From Octopus sinensis (taxonomy: Eukaryota): a stretch of DNA of 64,000 bases. Within the stretch, counting starts at the first letter, position 1. The number at the start of each line of letters is the position of its first letter. The position numbers and the translations under genes were made by a program. This document shows, piece after piece, positions 11,998 through 24,939 of this stretch. The notes beneath the pieces are model-generated. The model did not search any database, was not told where the DNA came from, and saw only the letters and a list, made by a program, of their open reading frames with translations. Location: assembly GCF_006345805.1 (NCBI RefSeq), contig NC_043002.1, positions 50,034,001 through 50,098,000 on the forward strand, given 5' to 3'.

Positions 11998-12289
11998 TCT
12001 TGATTATTGCTTCCGGTGCTCTAATAACCATTCAAACCAGTAGTGCCCATAGCTCCTTTTGAAACAGTTGCATCCATTGCTCATTATGACTTTAGAAAGC
12101 TTTCTTATACCTGTGACCAGTTGTCAATAGATGCAGGTATAGCTGTGTAGTAAAGAAGTTTGCATCATCGTCACATGATTGTGGGTTCAGTCCTTCTGTG
12201 TGACACATAGGGCAAAAGTCTTCTGTAAGTCCTGGACTCTCCACATTTTTATAAGTAGATTTGGTAGATGGAAACCGAAAAATATCTGT

Positions 12290-12537
12290 TATTTGGCACA
12301 TAAAAAGCACCATCCGACCGTGGCCGTTTGCCAGCCTCGTCTGGCACCTGTGCGGGTGGCACGTAAAAAGCACCCACTACACTCACGGAGTGGTTGGCGT
12401 TAGGAAGGGCATCCAGCCGTAGAAACACTGCCAGATCAGACTGGGCCTGGCGCAGCCTTCTGGCTTCCCAGACCCCAGTTGAACTGTCCAACCCATGCTA
12501 GCATGGAAAACGGACGTTAAACGATGATGATGATGTA
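12290..12537 (+). mobile_element. RTE-type 3' end (family B tail) with two GGCAC(A/G)TAAAAAGCACC units and (GAT)n tail
   Basis: GGTTGGCGTTAGGAAGGGCATCCAGCCGTAGAAACACTGCC...GGACGTTAAACGATGATGATG, shared with the copies at 54895 and 57406. Confidence 0.9.
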
Positions 12538-12547
12538 CAGATGTGAA

Positions 12548-12869
12548 GCTGTGTGGTTTAGTTGCTAGGGTATTCTCCTTACAATCATAAGATTGTGAGC
12601 TCAATTCTCAATATTACATTGTGTTCTTGAACAAGACACTTTATTTCACATACCACCTGTCCACTCAACTGGCAAGAATGAGTAGTACTTGTATTTCAAA
12701 GGACCGGCCTTATCACATTCATACATGTCATACTGCATCTCCTTGGCAACTATGTTAAAGGTATGCATGTCTTTGGAGTGCTTGGCCGCTTTCATGTTTA
12801 TTTAACAAGCAGGCTGTTCTGTTGATTGAGTCAATTGGAACCCTCATTGTTGTAATTAACGAAATGCCA
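12548..12869 (+). mobile_element. SINE with family D head and tail type 2
   Basis: Head and core TTGTGTTCTTGAACAAGACACTTTATTTCAC as in family D; tail from ~12685 aligns with 38591-38776. Confidence 0.75.
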
Positions 12870-12963
12870 TTTACACATGTGCATATTTGTGTCTCCTTAT
12901 CTTGATCTCACTTGATACTTGTAAATGAATATCACTGTTGTTCAAGAGGTGTAGTTCTCTCTC

Positions 12964-13170
12964 TCTTTACTCTTTTACTTGTTTCAGTCATTCGATTGCG
13001 GCCATGCTGGAGCACCACCTTTAGTCGAGCAAATTGACCCCGGGACTTATTCTTTGTAAGCCCAGTACTTATTCTATCAGTCTCTTTTGCCGTACCGCTA
13101 AGTGACGGGGACGTAAACACACCAGCATCGGTTGTCAAGCAATGTTAGGGGGACAAACAGAGACACACAA

Positions 13171-13203
<33 letters not shown>

Positions 13204-13368
13204 CATATATATGACAGGCTTCTTTCAGTTTCCGTCTACCAAATCCACTCACAAGGCATTGGTCGGCCCAGGGCTATAGCAGAAGACACTTGCCCAAGAT
13301 GCCACGCAGTGGGACTGAACTCGGAACCATGTGGTTGGTTAGCAAGCTACTTACCACACAGCCAGTCC
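12964..13368 (-). mobile_element. SINE family A, full length
   Basis: Complete head, core, microsatellite and tail; highly similar to 33338-33750. Confidence 0.92.
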
Positions 13369-13982
13369 CATGAAAGCATGTCTGGTCATAGTGAAATATT
13401 AACTTACTTGGAAAACTCATGTGGGTTGGCAACAAGGAGGGGCATTCAGCTGTAGAAAATATGCTTCAACAAATTCTGTCTCACCCATGCAAGCATGAAA
13501 AAAGTGGACATTACAGTGGTAATGGTGGCAGTGGTGGCACTGGCATTCGTTATTGAACAGTTGCATGCATTACTTCTTTTAGCAACACTGTGGTCCAGTT
13601 GCTTCTGTTGCATCTCCTTAAAATGATTCTGCGAACTAGTTCTGCCTCTTAATTCTCGACCAGTTGTATTCATTACTCCTGTATAACAAACAATACAAGC
13701 CAAGTTATATTGTTGCAATCTCTATCCGAAATTTCTTTATATTTCAATTGTTTTCTCTGACTCTTTGATTAATGTTCCTGCTTATGATACATGACATATC
13801 ATCAATCATGGAGCATGTTTTGTATTGATGGTCTTGTGTGACTGTCAGGTCTGCTGGAAATTACTCCTTGACAGTGTGCAGTGCCCACGTTGTACAGTGT
13901 TGTCACCTCATATTGCTATTGTCAAGCTGTTGTTGTTATCATCATCATCATTCTTCTTCTTCTTATATTATTGTTGTTGGAA

Positions 13983-14215
13983 TGTAGTGGCAGAATTGTT
14001 AGAGAGCATAAAGTCAAATGCCTTGCAGTATTTGTTCTACTGCTTTACTTTCTGAGTTCAAATTCCGCTGAAATAAACTTTGCTTTTGGGGGTTGATTGC
14101 ATTAAGTACTGCGGTACTTAACAGTCAAGTACTAGGGTCGATATCATCAACTCCCTTTCCCTAAAACTGCTAGCCTTGTGCCAAAATTTAAAAACCTTCA
14201 TTATTATTATTATTC
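13983..14215 (+). mobile_element. SINE family C
   Basis: GTGGCAGAATTGTTAG (A box), TTCTGAGTTCAAATTCC (B box), core and (TTA)n tail. Confidence 0.75.
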
Positions 14216-14224
14216 TTTTTATCT

Positions 14225-14497
14225 CAGGTTTTGTTGTAACTTTTTTAGTCTTACATACGAAGCAGGCTTCCTGCCTGCAGCCTACAGTACCATGTTATCT
14301 GTTCTTTTAACTATCTAATACTTTTCTGATTATTCTGGTTGTGCCAAGAAGGCAGACCTTTTGCAATAGTTCTACCGGGCACGCTATTCCAATTTCCTTT
14401 ATATTCCTCTTGATGACTTCTGATATTCCAATTTCCTTTATATTCCTCTTGATGCCTTCTACTAGAGCCTCAAGGCCACAATAGTAATTGGTACTAT
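14225..14497 (-). mobile_element. 3' end of a restriction-like-endonuclease non-LTR retrotransposon (R4/Dong-like)
   Basis: VPI..VAL, then IKRNIKEIGI(x2)ACPVELLQKVCLLGTTRIIRKVLDS*, the LQK..LLGT.RI.RKVL terminus typical of this group; ends in (AAT)n. Confidence 0.8.
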
Positions 14498-14609
14498 CTT
14501 CACCTTCTTCATTTTCCATGCTGAGCTGTTTTGTACTTAAGAGGTTTGTATATATCTATTTTTTCACCTTTCTTCTTTACTATTTGTTAAAGGAGTACAC
14601 AACAACTAT

Positions 14610-15110
14610 ATTATTGAGTGAGAGAGCAGTGCATGCCATCAAAGTGACACTGGGGTAAAAATATACGAAGCCCAATATACCCATCATGACTACCTGTCTG
14701 ATAAGGGTACACCAGGCTCATGCATCACAACCATGTGTGCGCGACATGGTAATCTCATATCAAAATAAACAGCATATGATCTTGTAGGTGGAGCCCAGTT
14801 AGAATTTTCTTCAGGTCGAGTAGCCCATCCTGCTCAAAAGGTACCTGAATAAGAGTGTTTATGGATGTTGAATGAAACACCCATGTTTCCAGGGGTGAAT
14901 TATTCAAACCCCAAAGAATTCCTTTCAACACATGGCAATGATGCTCCTCCACTATTTCTGCTCATGATCAGAGATCCATATATTGTCAGCCACCAAAGGA
15001 CATGCTCAATTGCTTAAGGTCAAGCAACTGACAAGCAGATCTGTGGTATTGAGCAGAATGTTTGTTGTAACCTATCTTTTATAGCAAGACAAAACATGTA
15101 CATGATAACA
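14610..15110 (-). mobile_element. Unclassified interspersed repeat, longer copy
   Basis: First ~210 bp align with 7365-7600; no recognisable ORF. Confidence 0.7.
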
Positions 15111-15302
15111 CTTCCTATTACTGGGTGGTAGTGGCTGAATTGTTAGAGCATAGGCCCTAATTGCTTTGCAGTATTTGTTCTAGTACTTTACATTCTGAGT
15201 TCAAATCATGCTGAAGTCAACTTTGCCTTTGGCAGAATTGATTATGTTTAATTTCAAAAAAGAGGGAAAATAAAAAATAAAATGCTCAGGACTTGAACTT
15301 AG

Positions 15303-15700
15303 TGTAGGTGTGGTTGTGTGGGAAGAAACTTGCCTCCCAAACTACATGTTTCTGAGTTCAGTTTCACCGTGTGACACCTTGGGTAAGTGTCTTCTACTAG
15401 AGCCTTGAGCCAACTAAAGCCTTGTGCATGGACTTTGGCAGACAGAAAATGAAAGAAGCCCATCATGTGTGTGTGTTTGTGTATGTGTCTTTGTATCTTC
15501 TTATCTCACCAGTATTTGACTACAGGTGTTGGTGTGTTTACATCCCCATAACTTAGTAGTTCAGCAAAAGAGACTGCTAGAATAATTACTAGGCTTTGGA
15601 AAAATATAAAAGAAGTCCTTGAGTTGATTTGTTTGACTAAAACCCTTCAAGGTAGTGCCCCAGCATAGCCACAGTCAAATGACTGAAACAAGTAAAAGAT
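15303..15700 (+). mobile_element. SINE family A, full length, diverged
   Basis: Head to GACTGAAACAAGTAAAAGA tail. Confidence 0.85.
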
Positions 15701-15708
15701 GGAATATA

Positions 15709-16145
15709 TATGACTGTATGGTTAAAAGAGGCTTCCCAGCTATGTTGTTTGGGCACTGCATGGCACATTGGGCAAATATCTTCTACTGTAGCGTAGCCTC
15801 AGGCTGAACGAAGTTTTCTGACTGGATTTGGTGGGTGGAAACTGAAAGAAGCCCTCCATATAATTGTATGCAAGTATGTGTGTCTACTCTTGAAGTGACA
15901 GTTCAGTGACAATTGTAAATGTGCATTGCCATCATACATACAAGTGATGTTGTTTGTTTCCAGTCTTCTGTGGGAAAACATCTTTGATGATGGGAAATGT
16001 TAAGCTTACCTGGAAACAGGTGACGATTGGCATCAGGTGGGGCATCAGGCTGTAGAAAATCTGTCTCGACAAATTCCTGCCTGGTCCAAGCAAGCATGGA
16101 AAAAGTGGACATTAAACAATGACGACGATGTCGATGATGATAATG
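15709..16145 (+). mobile_element. SINE with family A head and alternative RTE-like tail
   Basis: A head and core, then TTACCTGGAAACAGGTGA...GGCATCAGGCTGTAGAAAATCTG...GCAAGCATGGAAAAAGTGGACATTAAAC(GAT)n. Confidence 0.7.
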
Positions 16146-17333
16146 ATGATTTTGTTGGCAGTTGACCACATTTGCCTCTCATGCACCCCCCGCCTCCACC
16201 ACCATCTCTGCCACTGCTGCGCGCGACAACAAATGAGGCAAAAACCTAATCAGTTTAGCCTATTTGAATGTAACCAGATAACCAATTAGCCAACTCTATT
16301 GTGATATCTCTGTTGTTCAAATAAGAACGAGTAAAGCAAAACAAAAAAAAAAATAAATAAAAATAAACAAATAAATGGAAAACAAAACAAAAAAAAAATA
16401 AAAACTCCCGACAATCAGAAAAAGATAAAAGAAAAAAATTGAAACAAAAAGACAACCATAACAGCCAACAACAAAAACAACAGCGAAATAAATAAATAAA
16501 TAACAGAAATAACCCTCCTCTATAAATCCACATAACTAAGCAGTAGTCCATGTCTCGAAGTGTTTCTAGTTAAGTGGTTATCCAATAAAATAAATTTTTA
16601 CCAGCAGCATAAATATGTCACACTCTTCTGTTTTGCTTGATGGTTCACTCCAATGGCATTTTCTCTCTTTCTGCCTCCTCTCTCTCTCTTTCTCTCTCCA
16701 TCCTGCACCAGATACACACACATTCTCTACTATGTCTATACGCTCTTTGCATTCATGTTTTTTTTCTTCTTCTTCTTCTTGCTTTCTCTCTATGACTGAC
16801 ATTTAGTCTGATAGGTTAGAGGTTCAACTATTCTTATAACTGGAAATTTATTTAAAAAAATAATAAATTACTAAAATAAATAAAATAAAATAAAATACTT
16901 AAATAAACAGTAAAACGAAACAAAAAACATGGTTGAAGATTTGTGTAAAAAAGAAAAAAAAAAAAAATTTCAAAAAGTAAGATGGTTGTTATAAGAAATC
17001 TTCATCAAATTTTTAATTTTCTTTGAAATTCATTTTGTGCTTTGCCTTTTTTTTTTTTTTTTTCTTTTTCATGCTCTTCATAAGCATGTATTTAAGAATT
17101 TTTAAATATATCTGTTGGGTAGCATTCATTTACATCCTCATTATATCTCTATAGTAACATGCTTTTGTGGCAGTGAAACAGCTAAGGGGATAAGTTAAAA
17201 GGACTGCTGGCTAGTCGGCTTATTGGTGGTGAGTTCAAACACACTATAAGTATTTTTAACCCTTTTGTTGCTTAGTGACAGTTTTTTTTTTCTGTCTTTA
17301 TGTTTTAAGTTCAAATGCACCAAGTTTGAATTT

Positions 17334-17683
17334 GCCTTTCATCATTTCAAGGTCATTGAAATGTGTACCAGTTGAGCACTGGGGTTGATGTAATTGATTG
17401 ACCCTTCCCCATAAGATTTCAGGCCCTATGTCTATATCAATTATCTCTACTATATCAGTAGAAAAGGATTATTAAGTTGGTGTTTGGAATATAAATTAAG
17501 ATGAAAATTTTGGGGTCTGCCTTTCATTGTATCAGGGTTGTTGAAATGAGTACCAGTCAAGCACTGGGGTTGAGGTAATTGACTGCCCCTTCCCCATAAG
17601 ATTTCAGGCCCTGTGTCCATATTGGTAGAAAGGATTATTAAGTTAGTATTTAGAATATAAATTAAGATGAAATTTCAGGGGTC
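17334..17683 (+). repeat. Tandem duplication (period 185 bp) of a SINE-C 3' half plus flank
   Basis: Units start GCCTTTCAT at 17334 and 17519, and both include the non-SINE flank TTAAGTT(G/A)GT(G/A)TTT(G/A)GAATATAAATTAAGATGAAA. Confidence 0.85.
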
Positions 17684-17813
17684 GTGGATCATTTGGTACC
17701 AGACCACACAGAAATAATAATTTTTTTGATTATATTTCTATTTTATTGACTATCGCAGTCTGTGAGGTGTTCTATGACTTTTTTAACATGAGATGGATTC
17801 TTCATTTTATTTT

Positions 17814-18184
17814 ATTACCTCTGCCTTAGTGAAGGTGGAGTTATTGTTTTCAGTCATGTTTGTTTGTTTGTCCATGGACAAGATATCTCAAGAACCGCAG
17901 GATGGATTGGGATGAAACTTTCAAGGATGTTTGGCCTCATGACTGGCATGAACTGATTAGATTTTGGGATTGATCCGGTACTGAACAAAGATTCTGGATT
18001 ATTTTTCCTACCCTTTTTTTTACTTAATTCTTGAGAGTAGTCAGGTTCACTTTTAGTATTCTCTTTTGTGAGAGCAGTCAAATTTATTTCAGATATTCTC
18101 ATTTAAAAAAAATCATCTTTGGCTAATCATTGAGATGATGTTGGTGTTGCTTCCACAGAGGTTTGCACTCTCTGAGTGCTCTTG
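17814..18184 (+). mobile_element. Non-autonomous Helentron-like (DINE-1/HINE-type) element
   Basis: 5' ATTACCTCTGCCTTAGTGAAGGTGGAG (sub-TIR with internal IR), (GTTT)n tract, 3' CAGAGGT sub-TIR, then hairpin GCACTC-TCT-GAGTGC (18165-18179); T-rich flanks. Confidence 0.7.
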
Positions 18185-18370
18185 TTTTTATATATGTAGT
18201 AATCAAATTATATATTATGCACTTTATTGGGTTCTGTTATGTGTATGACACCCCAGTCAGTGGGAAAATTCTCTTGTATGAAATCAGTATGTGATGTGAA
18301 AGGCTGAAGAAATCTGATTTAAATTACTTCAAAATATGAAGTGATGGAAAGTGTTCATTAAATGAACATA

Positions 18371-18403
<33 letters not shown>

Positions 18404-18653
18404 GTAGTAATAATAATAATTCCATGGATGGAATTTATAAATATTTCAATGCCTTGCTATGCACACTTCCACAAATTTTATGTTTCTTATGAAAATAGGC
18501 CATATTCCCAAGATTCATGTGTTCATTTCTCTAGGCAAAATAACTGCTATTGCCTGTTGGTATCATTAGGCTGTAGCCGGCATAATAAAATAACAGCGTT
18601 TATATGCATATTCAGAAACATTTCCCGTAAACAACTTAAAGGATATATATATA

Positions 18654-19005
18654 TTCTTTTATTTGTTTCAGTCATTTGACTGCAGCCATGCTGGAGCATC
18701 ACCTCTAGTTGAACAAATTGATCCCAGCACTTATTCTATTGGGTTCCTTTTGCTGAACTGCTATGTTATGGGGATGTGGCCCAACATGGGTTCTCAAGTG
18801 ATGGTGGTGGTGGGGACAAACACAGATACCACACATGCACACACACTCACACACACACATACATATGATGGGCTTCTTTCAGTTTCAGTCTACCAAATCC
18901 ACTCACAAGGTTTGGGTTGGTCTGAGGCTATAGTAGAAGACACTTGCCTAAGGTGTCACACAGTGGGACTAGACCTGGAACCATGTGGTTGGTAAGCAAG
19001 CTACT
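18654..19005 (-). mobile_element. SINE family A, head interrupted
   Basis: Reverse complement tail to core; followed directly by a + strand family B 3' end (19017-19123). Confidence 0.85.
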
Positions 19006-19479
19006 TTATTTCAATAAATCTAGATTGGAGCCTGGTGCAGCCATCTGGTTCGCCAGCCCTCAGTCAAAATCGTCCAACCCATGCTAGCATGGAAAGCGGA
19101 CGTTAAACGATGATGATGATGATATATATATAGTGAAGGCATATTACCTAATGCTTAGGGTATTGAACTCCCAATCACAAGATGATGGTTTTGATTTCCA
19201 GACTTGTGCATTGTGTTCTTTAGCAAAACACCTTATTTTGTGTTGCTCCAGTTGACTCATGTGTAAATGAATAACCTTGTGACAGATTTACGTATAAGGG
19301 TAAGATAGTGATTAAGAAAATTCATCCAAACATAGGTTTCATGGGTCACGCTTTCATTGAGTGAAAAGATGAATAGTGCAGCCTGTACTGTGAATCCTGA
19401 CTGTGTGGAATTGGTTGCTCAACTTTGTCAAAGGATGATGGTGATGATGTTTCATCTCCAGTGTATACCCTGCTTAGCT

Positions 19480-19672
19480 GAGGAGTCTTGTCTTGTGGGT
19501 ACTTGGTGACCTCACTGGTGCTGGTGCCATGTAAATAGCACCCAGTATACCCTGTTCAGTGTCTGGCATTAGGAAGGGCATTGACTGTAGAAACCATGCT
19601 TGTCTGTTCTTGGCAAACCATCCAACCCATGCCAGCATGGATAAAGGAGCATCAAATGACGATGATGACGTT
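19480..19672 (+). mobile_element. Degenerate RTE-type 3' end (family B tail)
   Basis: GGTGCCATGTAAATAGCACC hairpin, GGCATTAGGAAGGGCAT, CAACCCATGCCAGCATGG and a (GAT)n-like end. Confidence 0.7.
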
Positions 19673-20608
19673 GATACACACACACACATACACATACACA
19701 GAGGTCACTTCAATCAGGGCCAATCACTAGTTAAAGAACTACAACACCACCAGCAGCAGCAAAACTGAGTCTATGTGTCTGTGTCTCCTCACATGTGCCA
19801 GTGTATAATCCCTGTGAAATGTTGTTGACAAGACGTCAACACTAATGAAGCACCAGCAATGCTAAGTAAAAGTGAACTACAACAACAAACATTAAATAAC
19901 CAAAGTAAAAAAAAAACAAAACAAACAATCCAAACAAAAACAAAACAGGTCATGTGGATAGCTCAAATAACAAATTACAAATGAAAGCTATTCTGTGTGG
20001 AAAGATACACACGCGCACACACATACACATGGACACATGTTCGTGTACAACGTCTCCTCCTCATCCTTCGTTTTGGCTGAAGGGCAATGAATGAAAATCA
20101 AAATTGAAAATAATACATGCACAAATCTTTAAAGCTTAAGAAAAAAATTATTAAAATTTAATAAAGTTCCAGCTATTCACTCCCCTGCCAAAACAAAACC
20201 CCCACTAATATGAAGTGGAAGAGAGTGGGGGAAAAACAGAGACCCCCCTCACTAATCCTTGCTAAAAAGGTAGTGTGGGTAAGTTGGGTAGTTGTTGCAC
20301 TGGTGTAATTGATCCTTTAATAAATGCAATTGTAAAGGGCTTTAGGGTTCTAATTAAACTGATTTGTCAGCAAATAAGTAATCAAGATAATTGGGACAAA
20401 ATCTAAAGGGCTTTGTGTGTAATGTGTGTGTGTTTTTAAATGTATGGACGGACGGATAGATAGATAGATAGAAAGACATGAAGAGGTGGCGAAAAGTTCC
20501 TGGCTTTAAGGGTATCACAAAAGTCCTGGTTGGCGGCTCAACCTTCTGAGTTCATTCTCATGGCTAAGAAAAACTGAAGGACTACTGTAGTAAATGTGTA
20601 ATGATGTA

Positions 20609-21053
20609 AATATACCAACACCAGTTGTCACGCAGTGGTAGGACATACACATACACAAACATGACAAACTTCTTTCTGTTTCTGTCTACCAAATCTACTC
20701 CACAAGGCTGTGATTGCCCTGAAGCTCCAGTAGAAGACACTTGCTAAAAGTGCCTTTCGGTGGGAATGAACCCAGAACCATGTAGTTGGGAAGCAAGCTT
20801 CTTACTACACAGCTATATATATGTATGTATATATATATATATATTCTTTTACTTGTTTCAGTTGTTTGTCTGTGGCCATGCTGGAGCACAGCCTTTAGTC
20901 AAAGAAATGATCTCCAGGACTTATTCTTTGTAAGCCTTGTACTTATTCTAACGGTCTCTTTTGCCGAATTGCTAAGTTTCAGGGACATAAACACACCAAC
21001 ATTGGTTATCAAGTGATGGCAGGGGGGACAAACACAGACACGCACACACATAA

Positions 21054-21123
<70 letters not shown>

Positions 21124-21262
21124 GATTCTTTCAGTTTCCATCTATCAAATCCATTCACAAAGATTTGATCAGCCTGAGACTATAGTAGAAGACATGTGCC
21201 CGAGGTGCATTGTAGTGGTACTGAACCTGGAACCATGTGGTTGGTAAGCAAACTGCTTGCCA
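20609..21262 (-). mobile_element. Two adjacent SINE family A copies (partial 20609-20815; near full 20844-21262)
   Basis: Both match the family A reverse complement; the second has an expanded central (TA)n. Confidence 0.8.
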
Positions 21263-22995
21263 CACACACACACACACACGCAATTTTCTTGTGCATTGGA
21301 GGCCCTGTTTTGCTATTTCAAGTTTCGTTTCTGTCTACAGTTACTTCAAAGTTTCAGCCTGCTTTGCCTTCATTAGGCCAAAACTTCAGTCACTGTCAAC
21401 ACCATTCTTCTTAAAGGATAATAAATTTTGCTTTTCAAGAAGTATTGAGTAATCTTTCAATTCAGTGTAAAATTGATTGTATTATAGCTCAGTGTAAAAA
21501 TAAACAATACATGTATTTATCTTCCGTGTGTGGTGTATGTGTGTGTGTGTTTGTGTGCGCGCATATATATATATGTGTGTTTGTGTGTGTGTGTGTGTAA
21601 AGAGTCAGAGAGAGAAAGTCAGACAGACACACAGATTGTGTGTGTATATTTGTGTGATTATATAAATGTGTTTGTAAAGGATTGGTGATCTAGAGAAGGT
21701 GAGAAATAATAGTTAAGCCTTGTGTGCATGAGAGAGAGAGAGAGAGAGAGAGAGGTTCATTGTTTGTGAGTGAATGAGTGAGTGAGAAATTTTTAGAAGC
21801 TGAGTTGGGGAAGGAGAAGAGTGCTGTAGAAATCCTGTTCTGTTTAAACACTGTCAACAATGACTGATAGAAAATGTGTCGGTGGATTGTTTGACAAACA
21901 AGATTCATGAATTTAGAGTTCATAGTTGATTGGTCCGAAAGCAACAGCCATATAATTAATCAGTAGAGTGTGTGTGTGTATGTGTGCATGTGTGTGTATG
22001 TTTGTATATGCATGTGTTTCTGTGAGTAGCAGCAAGTTGTGTCTGTGATGGCACCAATGATGGTGATAGTGAAACAAACCTGACCCTGACTGAGAGTGAA
22101 AGAATGAGATGGTGTTACTATTAGGCTGTGTGTGTGTGTGTGTGTGTGTGTGTGCTTGCTTGCTTACACAATCACTGATATTCACAGGAATTGATTTGTG
22201 TGTGTGTGTGTGTGTGTGTGGTTTTGGTTCTCTTGTATTTCGTTTTTAATGAATAGTAAGGCAGGGGTGGCTTGGGGAGTGTGGTGGTGGTGATGAAAAA
22301 AAATTTTTTTTAATTTTTCATTTCTCTGATATTTGTTCTTTCTACTCTAATTAATTATATGCCATTTAAAGAAAGAAAATGAAAAAAAATCAAATAAACA
22401 CAAGAAAACAAAACGACCACCCCCCCCCCCCAAAAAAAAAAACCAACTGTATATTTAAGTGGAAGAAGATGAGGTGGCTGGGAATGGTAACATGGGCATT
22501 TGTCCAATTGTTGTGCAAAAGCTGATCATGACGGAATGGAAGGTGATGTGTCTTACTTTGGGATTATTATTATTGTTATTGGTATTATTATTATCATTAT
22601 TAACATTATTATTATTATTGTTGTTGTTACTACTACTACTTTGTGGCACCCTGGCAGAGTATAAAAGCATCTAGTCTAGAAGTATTTTGCTGGTGATATG
22701 ATTTCTTTAGGCAAGAGGCAATCTTCATTTTACTATTTTTCAAAAAAATAAAAAAAAGGAAAGGTTGGCAGTGGGGAGTATAAGTCAGTAAATCCCCTTG
22801 AGGGGACAGGGATATCCATATTTTGTCTTTCTCTCCCTGCCCCGAACTCACACACACACGCACACTTTTTTTTTTCCTTGTCATTCATGTACTTAATTTG
22901 TTGACTTTAATCAAATGAATTGCTAAATTTAGCTTTGAAAGTGGATTTGAATGTTAATATCCTGAGGTACAAAGATTCTGTCTGATAAATTAGTG

Positions 22996-23398
22996 ATAGG
23001 CGTGGCCGTGTGGTAAGAAGCTTGCTTCCTAACCACATTGTTCGTGGTTCAGTCTCACTGTGTGGTACCCTGGGCAAATGGCTTCCCCTATAGTCTTGGG
23101 CCAACCGAAGCCTCGTGAGTGGATTTGGTAGACGTAAACTGAAAGAAGCCCGTTGTTTATGTGTGTTTGTGTGTGTCTTTGTGTCTGTGCTTGTCTCCCC
23201 ACCCACCTGCTTGACAACTGGTGCTGGTGTGTTTATGGTCCCTGTAACTTAGCGGTCTGGCAAAAGACACCGATAGAATATGTACCAGGCTTTAAAAAAA
23301 ATAAATACTGGGCTGAATACATTCAACTAAAAGTTCTTTGAGGTGGTGCCCCAGCTTGGTTACAGTCTAATGACTGAAACAAGTAGAAGATAAAAGAT
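22996..23398 (+). mobile_element. SINE family A, full length
   Basis: Head GGCGTGGCCGTGTGGTAAGAAGC to tail GACTGAAACAAGTAGAAGA. Confidence 0.88.
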
Positions 23399-24417
23399 AT
23401 GGTAATGATGTTAGCTAAGGCAAGAGAGAACTTTAAATTACACCATAGTTAAACTTCAGTGTTCTTCCTTTTGGAAATCACTCCACTAGTTTCTTAGTTG
23501 AAAGAACTGCAGAGTTAACATTGCCATTCTCTCTTTTGGGACCATTTCATTTTGTATTACATTTTGAGTTAAGTAAGTTATTCTTCCTTGTTAAGTCACT
23601 TTAACTAGTTTCTTTGTTGAAATTATATCAGAGCTAACATTACCATTCACGCTTTCATTTTTTTTTTTTTTGTTCTGTTATTTGGTTTGCTTCTCTAATT
23701 TGGCAGTTTAAATTCCATCTGAGCTAATACTGTTTATCTTTCTTCTGGGGATTGCTTAAATTAATAATAGTATTAGTATTAGTTGTTGCTTTCGTTGTTG
23801 TTGTCACCACTAATAATGTTGTCTAATAGCTTCAGACATTGCCACATATACTGACATATTAGTATGGAGATAACAAATCAAATATTTATGACCATGGGCC
23901 ATGCACCATGGGTACACCAAACTTGTGTCTAATCTTGAACTAGTCATGGGCAAACTGTGTTCTGTGAGACTTTCTGAATGGACACAGGTAAAAGAAAAAA
24001 ATTACCTTTTTCAGTTGTCCACTGGCATTATGATGGGCATCCAGCTGTAAAAAGCATTCCAAATGAGACAGTGGAACATGATGCATTCCTCTGGCTTGTT
24101 AGCTCCTGTGAAACTATCCAGCCAATGCCAGCAAAGAAAATAAATGTTAAATGATGATGTGGCCTGTCTGGTGATGTGGCCTGTCTGTCTCATGCAACCT
24201 ACTTATCGAAAAAGGTTGCCTCTGCCAATTTTAAACTATATTCTGTTTGCACTCTGCCAGGCACTGTTTCACTAAACATATCTGTACAAGTTGTATCTGT
24301 TTGGTTTAATATCTTAATTTTTGCATTGATTAGTAGTAAGTACTAGTAGTATGTAGCAGTTCATTCATTCAACATATCAATACCTTCCAAAAAATTAGCA
24401 ATAAGTATCTTGTTTAA

Positions 24418-24639
24418 CCCTTTTGTTACTGTATTTATTTTGAGACGCTCTGTGTTTCTTTCAATTACTTTAAATATAACAAAGAATTTAGTAAAATAAC
24501 TTAGTGATCATTCAGCTAGTGTTAGGAACATAAATTGTAACTAAGGTTTGGTGGAAGATTTTAATTCAAAACTTATGAAAACAAGACATTTGTACTCAGA
24601 GCCAGGTTGGTACTCAGAGCCGGGTTGGTAATGAAAGGG
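24418..24639. mobile_element. piggyBac-like MITE (222 bp)
   Basis: TTAA (24414-24417) CCCTTTTGTTAC ... GTAATGAAAGGG TTAA (24640-24643); TIRs match at 10/12; second copy at 47676-47897. Confidence 0.8.
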
Positions 24640-24939
24640 TTAAGTCTTTCTTGTTTAAGTGTCTTGTTTAAGCCTTAAAGTCTTGTTTAAGCAATAAGTG
24701 CCTTCTTTAAACCTTAAAATACACTGCTTTTGTTTCAGTTAATTTTGAAAGCAGTGAAAAATCTTAGCAAAATTATTTTTGTCCTTATTAAGTTGGTGCT
24801 TAATACATAAATAATCACGACATTTTGATGGAGAGATTCAATTTAGATCTCTTTAAAACAGGAAGTTTATATGATAGACATATCACCAGAAGCAGTTCTG
24901 GGCAAGATGGCATTAAAAGAGTTTAAAGACACGACTATT

